A stretch of 64,000 bases of DNA, taken from NCBI GenBank assembly GCA_002633005.1, contig NMRA01000007.1, forward strand, positions 1,908,569-1,972,568. The letters are read 5' to 3'. Origin of the DNA: Phoronis australis. Its lineage: Eukaryota > Animalia > Phoronida. The notes beneath the pieces are model-generated. The model saw only the letters and a list, made by a program, of their open reading frames with translations, had not been told where the DNA came from and made no database searches. Shown here in pieces: positions 42,001-54,000 of the stretch (positions are counted from its first letter, which is position 1; each line of letters starts with the position of its first letter). The position numbers were made by a program, and so were the translations under genes.

Positions 42001-45000
42001 ACCTGGATTCTCAAGTGAGGAATAACCCTCAAGGTGTGATAAACGGACAATGAACAATTGAAGACCTTAATCAGTCCAAGACTACACATCACCATATTAT
42101 TAAGGGACTCATTATTACTCAACAATAACACAGGTGAGTTGTGATGTCCTATTCGATCTAGTTATTCCAGTCAAATTCAGTGGTCATATTTTACTACAGC
42201 CTGTCAAATATAGGTCAGAGCCCATAAAACAGGTTTCACCTGAGAAGTCAGTCACCCAAGACAGGTAATGATCTACCTGGTCAGTGAAGTTCAATCTAAG
42301 GACATGAGACTGAAATATTAATACCCATATTTTAGTAGTAAAAGGATCTTACAGTAACAACAGGTAAGGTTTACCATAAGAGAAGCCATGGTTTAATGTC
42401 AACTAAAACCAGTTTAAGTGATTTCCATTTCTAATTCCACTGAAAATGTTGGTTTTAATAATAATAGTTGAGGAGTCAGTTAATGGGCAATAGTTCCTTT
42501 TGGTAGTGACTGACAATGACAACATGTTATTCAGCAGTTGTCAGGCACTCAATATCATGGACCACTAAAAGGGACAAACTGCCAGATTGTGATTCACAGT
42601 TCTACCAAAATTCATTAAATAGAGTCATCAACATAACAGTATCAACAACAAGATTAAACTAGCACCACTGCAACATAGTTGATCCAGTATATTCACTATG
42701 TAATGTAATAACCTTCACTCAATAACAGTGCTCCCCTACTAAACTCCACCTTTGTACCAAAATGGCTACCGCGAACCGGTCTGGTGGTTCCCAGTAGCCA
42801 TTTTGAAGTGGCCTGTTAACTCCACTTTTACCCATTTTGCTATCATATTTTAAGTGGCAGTTTGTTGTATTAACATTAAAATTTCAAACTAAAGAGTGAT
42901 TTTACAGGTATCACCTTAAAACTTTAAGACCTCTAAGAGCAAAAATGTACTAAACCACCTGTCACATCACTACATCGGCAATACTTCACATTTTTCGTAT
43001 AAAAATTATGATTGCCAAAATGTCATTTTTCTATTTTCCAAAAGCTGACTCACACGTAACAAATAGTGGAAATCATGGAGAATGTGATTTTATGATTGAA
43101 ACCAAGCCAACATCAGAGTACTAAAAATTCCCATTTTTTGTTGAGAATTTTGACAACCTGAACTTTCACACACTCCCATGTTGATCACATTTGTTTTAGG
43201 CCAAGAGATGAGTATGAACTTCAAAATCATTTGTTTTAGGCCAAGAGATGAGTATGAACTTCAAAATCATTTGTTTTAGGCCAAGAGATGAGTATGAACT
43301 TCAAAATCATTTCATGTGTGTGCTAAATAGGTGAAAAATTGTCGTAACCAAGAAAAGTTATACTTTCTATTCGTCGAATAGTGATCTCTTAGAACCGACA
43401 CATATCCATATTCCATAGCGGCGGTTTCAGAAAACCACAGCATTCAACATGTACCGAACTAACGACCATTAATCAACATAGCTATTTCATTGGTCTGTGC
43501 TAGTTACATTCAGTCAAAATGACCACGCAAATGATAATGAGCACTTATTATTGCATAACAGTGTGTTGAATTGTGCTCTCTATCAAGGAGAGATGGTAAC
43601 TGAGAGAGGGTTGGTAATGGCAGCAAACCTATTTTGATGTGAAAGGAAATTAGATGATCACAACAGCATTCAAATAGTAGACATTGGTATTGTAGTCAAT
43701 AAATTTTTTGGTGTCAATGAAAAACCATGTCTCACACCATGTACTGAAACAGACCTGTGTCCAGATGGTAAATTGCACTAAGGCAACTCACCCGGAAAAT
43801 TGTAACATTAATCTGTTGATCATGCTAGCAAAAAATTACATATTTAGCCAAAAGTTTGTAAAAAAAACCCTTAACTTCCAATTGTTCATTAACTTTATTA
43901 AATTACATCTTGAAGGAAATACGGTACTTGTTGACTAATGATTTAATGTTATTCTTTGTAAATGATGTATACTGTATTGTTTTATGTGACATGTAATTAT
44001 CATGCTAGAGCAAAATAAAAACATGAAAAAAGGCAACTCACCCCGTGAAGATCTTGCATGGGGTTCGATGAACATGGAAAATATATTCCCAAAACATTAA
44101 TCACATAAATTTACTTTTAGGGCCGTCCCAAGTTTGCAAGGGCACAGGGGGGGGGGTCATAGCTGAAAAATGCTTTGACGAAGCTTTCCAAAAAAATGTT
44201 GGTAGAAATTATCCATCAAGGAAGGTAAATCAGTAAGGATGTGGACACAACAAAGAAATGTTGGCATACCATTTTAGGAGCTGCACAGAATTTTTTTGTA
44301 ACAAAAATCACGATTTCGCACCTTCAATATCCTAGATCCGTCAGTTAGAGGCAAGGTCTGCCAAAGAAGTATGTTTTGTAAACATTAACAATGTTTATAA
44401 TTACGGTCTGTCTTCCAATGTATGTCACTCTATGACCTTTGATTTACTTGAAACTTTTGTAGACATCAAGAACACCGCAATATGTCAAGAAGAAGGACAG
44501 CGTGTGAACTACTTTTATTTTGTGTTGCGTTGAATCTCAGTATTGGAGTATCAAACGCCGAGTGTCCTGCTCCATCACCATGTGAGTGCCAACCATCTCT
44601 CAATAATCAATACCGCGTAATTTATTGCAAAGGACGCAGATTGACAACCGTTCCAACGTTTTCACCGTCAAATGAAGTGTTCTATGAGCTTACGTTGGCT
44701 GACAACGGAATTACATCGATACCAGACAATGCATTTGTGGGACTAAATGTGCAAATAATTGACCTCCGTGGAAACAGGATTACAACTTTCAGCAACAATT
44801 GTTTTGTTGGCTTGAACAAAACACTTGAATTATTCTTGGAATCGGACAACTTGGCATTCCCAAGGCAGGCACTGCTACCTCTGTCAGGATTAACGAAGTT
44901 GACATTGACCAAATTCAATATCCCGACATTACCCGATAATGCATTCAGTCACATGACATCTCTAGAGAGTTTAACCATTGAACATAGCCAGATGGCAAAT

Positions 45001-48000
45001 ATCAATACCAGTGCACTTGTGGGAGTGGAAAATTCGTTGCAGAAACTGGACTTAAGCAACAATCTCTTTACGTCATTACCATACATAACACATGCTATAT
45101 CGACATTAGCAAACATCCAAAGTCTAAGTCTCCAATTTTTACCTGTGTCAGAAATTCAGGCGAACACTTTTAGCAAATTACCCAGACTAGAAAGATTGCT
45201 CTTAAGTCATTGCAGCATAGCAACGATACAGCCTGGCGCCTTCAGAAACATGACAAATTTAAAGTACTTGGGTCTGGATCATAATCAGTTAAAGGGAGAT
45301 GTCCCAACTGAGATTTCAATGCTTACAAATCTAGAGGAGCTTTATCTGTCATATAACCAGATTGCTAACGTGCCAGACAGACTATTTACAGGCATGTCAA
45401 AATTGGCATATCTAACATTCCATTCAAATAAAATCTCATCTGTGAGAACACAGATGTGGACAGGGGTGGAGAACAGCTTGCGAACTCTTATTTTGAGCAA
45501 GAATAAAATAGTCACGGTTTCCGATGGACCGTTTCAGAATTTACATTACCTAGAAGACTTGCAACTAGGCGAACAGGATATGTCGAGTGTACTCAGCAAT
45601 ACAACATTCAAGGGATTGGAAAAATCGCTAAAACGGTTGAAATTAAATGAGGTGAATTTTAATTATTCCCAGTGGCCAGTTCTGCAAACGTTGACAGGTT
45701 TAAGGACCTTGTCTCTCCACGACAACCAATTAACTATGATACCAGACATGGCTTTTAAATCTATGAGCTTGTTGGAGACATTGGATCTGGCACATAATTC
45801 AATACAAACCCTGACTCAGAGAGGAATGTTTGGTCTGCAGAATTCGTTAGAGAAAATAACACTGAGGGCAAATCCTATAACGAGCATCGGTGAATGCGTA
45901 TTTTACGAATTTGTGGCACTAAAGGAAATTGAAATGATCTCCGTCAATACGTTAGTTTGTGACTGCCATATGAAGTGGTTAAGAGAGAGCAAAACAATAC
46001 AACTGGGACTATTAAGTCCAAAGTGTGCATCTCCTCCCCAACATAAAGACAAAGAATTTAGAAAGATTGAGGCATCTCTCCTGGTATGTCACAACTCAAC
46101 TGTAAATCAGTCGTGTACAACTTTAAAATCCACAGTGACTCCATCGACTAAAAAGCCAACTACACCGCAACAAAGGACGACCACCAATAAACCAGCAACA
46201 ACAACTGCGGAGCTGGAAACAGCAAAGCCTCCATTTGTGAGAGGCCTACGAATCATTGGTGTTGAGTTGAAGCCGAAACAGATAACCATACAATGGAAGG
46301 TGGCGAACACAGCAAACCTTTTAGGATTTAAGGTTAATCACAGACCAGAATCCAACAGTAAAGAAATATGGAGCAGGACACTGGATACAGGTCAGAGGGA
46401 ATATACAATACAAAATCTGTCTCCGAAGACAAAGTACAGTCTCTGCGTAAATGTAGTGTTAATAGGACAGAAACTGGAAGAGTTAAGCAGAGTGTGCCAA
46501 ATTTCGGAGACCAAGGATGTTGAGAGGACAGATAACAACAATGGGGGGAGCAATGATCGGCTAACGGGAATCATTGTTGGAAGTGTAATAGGCGCCGTTG
46601 TTTTAGTTGGACTAATTATAGCCGGTGTCATTGGTATAATATATTTCAGTCGGAAGAGGAAAGGGAATGAGCTTGGCCACTTCACTGGACATGAAGGTGG
46701 TGGTGTTCCTATGAAGGACCTTCCTCATATAGGAGTACAGTCTAAGGGATTTACCAGACGGTCAGTTGATGACCAAGGGGCAGTTGGAGGTTATGATAAT
46801 GGGGCTTTCTATGAGACCACACCGGACGGTAAGACTAGTGACACGCAGAAAAATAATAAGCAGCTTCCTCCAAACAATCGAGACAGTAACCCTCGATATG
46901 TAAAGAAACCTGACTCGATAAAAGGTAGAGGCTACATTGACAAGGACGGGTACGTTAATCCAGCCGGGCCTAGACCAGCAGCCCCTGATGAACACAAGTA
47001 CTACGAGATTCAAAGCGTACATATATAAGATAACCGAATACATAGCTCATGGCAGGAAACCCTCATTAATCTAGGCTACAATATGGCTGACTTTTTCTGC
47101 ATTTTGACACAAGCACTACATTACAGCTTCACCATATTGAAGTTATGTAATGCATCAGCTACTACCAAACAGTATTTTGGGTATTCACAACAATGACCGA
47201 AGCCTCTGAAATGTCCACAATTAGTGAGATTTTCCTGCCAACATTTATTTTTATATTGCCGTACTTAGGTGCTAGCCATTGCCTGTTTTATGTACTAGCT
47301 GGCATGTATTTGAGATTATAGTGTATATGCTTACACTAAAGACCATGCACCTATATGTGAAGTGGCATCAGTGAAATCAAGATGCAAGGTCTAAGCTTGT
47401 GAGTCAATACCGAAATATTCCTTCCAGTACACCTTGATATACTTTGAATTAAAGGTAATTGTCAACCTTCATAGATTTTTTAAAGTGTATAATACTCACG
47501 TATTGTATCAAATTATATCTTTATTTTTCATTGGCATAACATCTCCTTGAATGGATTATCTTTGTGCCAAATATGCAAGTTGTTAGGGACGACTTCAAAA
47601 ACTTCGAGTGTATGGCATCTCAAGCTTTTTGATACTACTTTTAGCAGTTTTAAATATCAATTTCTGTTTAGTGCATAGTTTGATTCAAACATAATTGTGC
47701 ATATTTATTTAATGATCTCTGACAAAATGAACAATGCAGATAGTGGTTGGCAGAAGAAAAGACTGGAATTGTTTTAAAAAGGGATTAAAAAAAATCTACT
47801 TTTGTGGGTTTCAAATGAACCGTTATTAAAAAACTTATCTGGTGAAACATGAATGCAGGCTGACAATAAAAATCACTCACGAGGAGGCGTAACTTGTTCA
47901 CAAGTAGTGATTGGATGTGATTGGCCAGACTACAAATATTATGCTTATTTTGAGCAACTGACCTGCTCTCTGATTTGACAACCTATGTGCCTCCTTATAA

Positions 48001-51000
48001 AATTCTTCATCTAAATGCAAAAACTACTTAAAAAAGCATCACTTTGCATACAGGTGCATAGGCCAAAGTGTGCGCATATATGGTAGTAAAACATTTAGAT
48101 TTGCATAGTTTTTGATTTGCTAAATGATTTTACTTGCAATAATTTTCGACATTCTGTTGTTAATGTATCTAATACATTTTCAAATGTAACGTTTTAAAGT
48201 TTTTCATCATTTCTTTTATGTTTATCCCTATACAATATTTTGTTTTAGTTTTCCTACACTGTTTCTAAGTCCAAAGACTGACAAAAGTTTACTTATATGG
48301 TTCCCAGCAAAGCCATATTCGTCCCTAATTTCAAAATTAGTTGAAATGACGATGTCTGTTGGAAATCAAAGATTTCTTGACCAGAAGACTAGAATATACA
48401 ACAATTGATGCTATTATGTGTGAAGTGTAATGTTGTCTATTAGAAGTATTAAATCTGTCCACAACCAGTATGAGATCGTTTTGACTTTTCACTCAAAAGC
48501 CTAATACACTGAATGCATTGAAATTATAACACTTTAGTCCAAAAACAAAACTTCAGAAAACAGTAATAACCCATAAACCTGCTTTATCACCAACCCCAAA
48601 TGACAGCAAATGTTTTGACCAGACCTATGAAACTAAGGCCTAGTATTTAGCACACCCACACCAAAGAATCACACAATCACAAATTTTTTAGGCAAAAAGC
48701 GAGACAGTTGTACAGTTTACAGTTCTGTCTCACTTGACCATGAAAACTATAAATCATAAGAGTCCCATGTCAAATCTGCAACATTAAAAGTACCACCCAA
48801 CGAAGTGCATGGATAACAGTTCAAAAATTCCCATCACCAGTTACCGTAATTCTCCACTTTGCAAAAAATATTGCCAAAATTGTCATTTTTGCATTTTTTA
48901 AGGGCTAATAACCTTGCTGGAAATAACGGAAACTTTACCAAATGTTGTTCTTGACGTCTACACACTGCAAATAATGCAGGCAGGTCACTGAATTTTTTAA
49001 TCTTTACCTTTGTGGAAACATTTGACAAAACAGAAATCCGGTTGTGTGCTAAATAAGTAAAGAATTGCTGCAAATACAACATAAAGTGAAAGGCACCATG
49101 CTTGCCAGGACAAGAACGGATTTCCACTCACAGGCAAAAACCTGGTAATCAATCATGGTTGCTTGCGTGACATGAACATTTTATAATTAAAATTTTAATT
49201 TCAAAGCAAATCACTTATGTTATATTAAATACTGCTGCTGCATCCATTGCAGAAAGTACCAGTATGTTATTTCACATACAGAAATTAGACATAGGAATGC
49301 TTAGTAGATTCATCATCAACAGTTGCACTACTTTAAGCAAATTTGTACATGCACGCTTGTGTTGAGAAATATATTAATACCAATGGCGAGTAAAACATTG
49401 CACTTCCTAGAGGAAATTATTCACGAATGTTGTGACAGTTTTCCATGATGACTGTAGTGTGTCTGAGTTGGTGCTCATTGCACGACACTTTTCGTGTGTT
49501 AAAACTATAAAATTAACCTTGAAATTGAAAATTGTTGGTCCTCCGTAAGCATGCGCTATCTCACTTTAAACCCAAATACTAGCATGTCATACCTCAGTGT
49601 AGGTGGGACGTTTGTTGGCTATAGGTAGACTGAAGCCCATCAAGGATGAGGTGGTGTTTCTCTTGTCAAACAGACATTCCACTACCTCCAAGATACCCAT
49701 TGTGACACCCACAGTGTAGCTGTCCTGGGCACCAGATGACCTCTGTTTGAACTCTACCACCAGAGGCTTCCCCAGCAGTCTACAACCAAAATAAATATAA
49801 CTGGATGAAGTACGGAAACAGTCAAGTGACAAACGTTATTTTTCGTTTGAAAGAACTCATTAATTAAACTATTAAACAAATTTGTTCCTAAGCCACAAAA
49901 GAGGTATGAGTACAGAAGGCTCTCGTGAGGAAATACGATATTGCAAACACATGTACCATACACAAAGTACTTTAAAAATTTTTAAGACCTGATTATGTTC
50001 ATGACATGTTGATTTTTGTCAATAGCAGAAGGCAAAAAGATGCCTAGTAATTATCATCTTATTTCAAAAAATATAACAAAGCAAGACAAAGATAAGTACA
50101 ACATTGACAAATAACAAGTAACATTCCTAAATAAATACCCTAAGTGCGATTCCTGTTGGCAAAAAGTAGCGATCTCCTGGCGCAGACAGACAAGATCTTC
50201 AGCAGACGTCAGACCACTTGTAGTGAGATTTGGCAGGGAGTCAAAAAACTGCGCAGACATTTTCTTCAGTTTTTCAGTCGATGACACGGCTTCATCAATT
50301 CCATTGGACGGGGTTGTCGTGGGATCTTCATGCAAAATTGTGATTGAGAAAAACCCAACTTTCAGATTTCCTTCAATCTGATCTGTTGAGCCTTCATCCT
50401 GGTGTCTCTGCGAATCTAACAAAATGTAAAACATTAGACATGATTACAGGTCAACTCAAATCTACAGCTAATTAGCTAAAGTTTATATCGCTGTCCAAAC
50501 TAGTACCAGTTTTTTCTTACAAAGCTAGGCCATTCTCATACTCTAAAACAATGATATGGTCAGCACAAAAAGGTAAATGCAGGTGTTGTAAAAAACACCA
50601 GGTCCTGTAAAAGAACACATACCAAAGTATTCAAATATATGCGAACAGTAAACAACGAGTTGCCTAAAATGTGCAAAGAATTTTTTCTAGGTAGAGATGC
50701 ACCGTTTCGTAAACCTGGATGAACCATATTTAGCAAACAAAATAAGACTATAGCATCGTTCACATATTAAGTGACTTAGGTTGTCTGTGTGCTTTTCGAT
50801 GCAAACAAATCTTCAACTTCAAACAAAGACTTGACAAGACAGACCTGGGCCACGTAGTTAGTTACCGTCATACGATCATCAAACAAAAGGACAAGTTTCC
50901 TAATGTGAACATAATTACCCTCCGAATTCAGAAGCCCAATGGGGTGCCTAGTTAATGTACATATCCCCAATGATACCCCAATTATCAATAGCTTAATGTA

Positions 51001-54000
51001 CCTGTTAAGTGCTAGTAAAAAAACTATAATCTATATATTTAAGCAGATTGCATGTGAAAAATAGAGCATCGCAGAACTTTGAATGTTCTTCTTATTAAGT
51101 TAAAAACAAAGGTTTGGTGATAGAAAAGTACTAGGCGGTCAGAGTGCATGAATCATGACCTTGTGAGTTTCATGAACACTTCGGAATTGACCTATCACAA
51201 GCTCCGCCCCCTTGCAAAATGTCGACAAACATAATAATTTTTAACCGGCAACATGCTGTTTGTCTGGTAAAATGGCAGCTTGGAAACAAAGGTGTCAAGA
51301 ATGCTATGTTCTGATTGGTCAGTTAAGCCGTCACTCAAAGTCCTGGCAATAGGTCAATTAGTGCTGCATCACCAGCTGGAATTCCATGGTGTAGGAGTTA
51401 TTGAAACTTTTCCTTCAGTGCACAGAATTAATTGGGTATTGGCAAAAAATTACACCAATGTCCAAGCCATCATGAGACGGTTTAATGTCAAGAACACTAA
51501 ACTGGGCACCATGCAGCTTTAATTGAAGTTGACAGGAAGTAAAACATTGAGTGGGCAGAAAGAGTGCACCCAGACAGAAAGTCCCCAGACAGTGTTCCCA
51601 GACAGTGTCCCCAGACAGTGTTCCCAGACAGAGTGTCCCCAGACAGTGAATCCAGACAGAGTGCACTTTGACAGAATATCCCCAGACAGTTTTCCCAGAC
51701 AGAGTGTGCCCAGACAGTGAATCCAGACAGAGTGCACTTTGACAGAATGTCCCCAGACAGTGTTTCCAGAAAGAGTGCCGAGACAGTGAGTCCAGACAGA
51801 GTGCGCTCTGACAGAATGTCCCCAGTGTTTCCAGACCGAGTGTGCTTAGACAGCGTGTCCTTTCTGTCCCAATAATATTGAGGACGAGTGTAATTCATAC
51901 ACTGAACTACAAGAGAAAAGTACGACATATTGCGCACGCACAATTTCACCTCAATAAACAATGGCAATGGTCCACCCAGTGGTAACAAAAGAAACCTACC
52001 TTTGCCTCTTGAGTATTTTCGTTTTGGTATAGTAGCTTGAAAAGGTTTGTCACGATGTGAACTGTTGGAGTACCCAGCACCGTATTTGTATGAGTAAGCT
52101 GGTAAATACAAAAACGACAATGCTTTAAAACTCCACACAATGTAGTATTAGCTCCACAATCACACAATGCCATTTTGATTTTTCCATTCAACTTGAAAGG
52201 CAATGAATTTATTTTCTGAATACTGAAACAGTGAATGTTACCATGGTAACAAAATCAACTCAGTTTGTCCCCAGATTTTACATTATGGTTATAACAAACT
52301 TGTCTTCCGTAATGATACGCGTGGCACTTAACAGTACGTATAACTAACCCCAAAAGCACAGGACCCCGTTCCAAGAAAACTGACTTAACTAAAGACAAAT
52401 CTTAGTTTAACTTTAGAAAGTTTTTTACTTATATTTTGTCTTAATTTTGACTAAGTTTCCAAAGGTGGAAATTTAAAAGTTTGGAAGTTGAAACAAATCT
52501 TAGACTTCAGTCAACAATGAACTTAAAAATCATTTTCTTGGAACAGGCCCCGGGACTTGATTTCAAAGGAAATAGAATAACATGAATCCATCTCCATGCC
52601 AAATGACTGTTACGAAGGCATAAGTACCATACAGAGACCTTTTTATCAAAGGTCTTAAGTCCAGTGTTAGACAATTGTAACTTGGGTTTTAATTTGCACA
52701 TTTCATTATCATGGCCCATGAAGGCAGTTGTAACTTTTTCATCTTGCTAAAAAAACGCAACGTCGTCTTTGAAGTAATGTGCCTACGACCATCTCAGCCA
52801 TGACCAGATTATGACCTTTGACGAGGGTCTCTATCATGAAAAGTGACTGAAGGCTTAAGTCAAAAATTTGGTGTTGTGCTTCACACAACCGTTTTTGAAA
52901 ATAGTAAAATCTCACATGAGAAAAAATGCAGTCTCTGAGAATGTACACATAACCGCTAGTTACAGTAAAAATTCTCAAATTTGGGACACTCTCTAAAATT
53001 TGAGACAGATATCCACGTCAAAATTGATTTTTGCTACTTCTGAAGATTAGGACATGATTACCATTAACATTCATATTTCTCCAATATCGGAAGTGCATTT
53101 TGTATCAACAACATACCATCATAGTTAGGGCGTTCTTGGTGCTTGGCATCGATTTCCAAAGAGTACCGGTATCGCTTTGTCAGTTTTGATATCAGTATTA
53201 TATCAATTTTCAAATACCGATATCAAACTCTATGCCCATCACAATGTCTTAGTCAAAGTGGATCTTGATAACTCACTTGAAGCACTAGACTTAGTACTGC
53301 AGGAGCTTGTGTAGGATGTGTTCATCTCCATGCCTTGATTACTGGTACCCATAGAGAAGTATAGGGAATTGTCTGACACCTCATCTACATCATCTGGAAC
53401 AGAGAACATCAGTCGTAGTGGAAGTGTTATTTGTTGCAGAGCATTAGCCTAACAATTTTGAAATTAAGGTGTTGACCAACACTACACAGCAATACTAAAC
53501 CCTTGAATTTCGTTTCTTAATAACCAAGATGGAAATAAGTGGTTACTTTTTCAGGTGACTCACATACTGGTGGTCTCTTTTTGGATTATTTTTACTTAAA
53601 CTTTAGTTTTATTTGTCTACGTAATTGTAGTTGGTACCCCAATCTGCCTGTCTGTCTGTCTGTCCATGTCAGTTTGTGATGTGTTTTATATTGTATTGTA
53701 TTCTATTATAATTTTCATGGTCAATCTTTATTAAATACATCAATCAGTCAATCAATCAATCAACTGTTGTGTTTGAATTTGAGTGTATGACCACAACAGT
53801 ATATCTGTGGGTTAAAGTACCAGTGCCTGATTGTAGATGTTGCTTTTATCAAGGTACAAGAGGACTATACATAAAAAGTGTATTACAGTGAATAATAAGT
53901 GGAACACTAACTTGATCACCCACACGAACCTGTGATATTTCTACAGCGATTACCAGACAGTTGAAATGTAAAGATAAAAACTGGAAACTGAGTTTAACTA

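Noticed and set aside
44682-47043. Minus-strand ORFs inside the LRR gene
   Set aside because: Antisense shadows of the 848-aa ORF. ATG2 exons 49593 and 40421 join in phase without them.
51415-52138. 213-aa ORF and neighbours (TLSG/HCLG repeats)
   Set aside because: Only 52000-52098 is an ATG2 exon. The rest is an open frame through intron and minisatellite.
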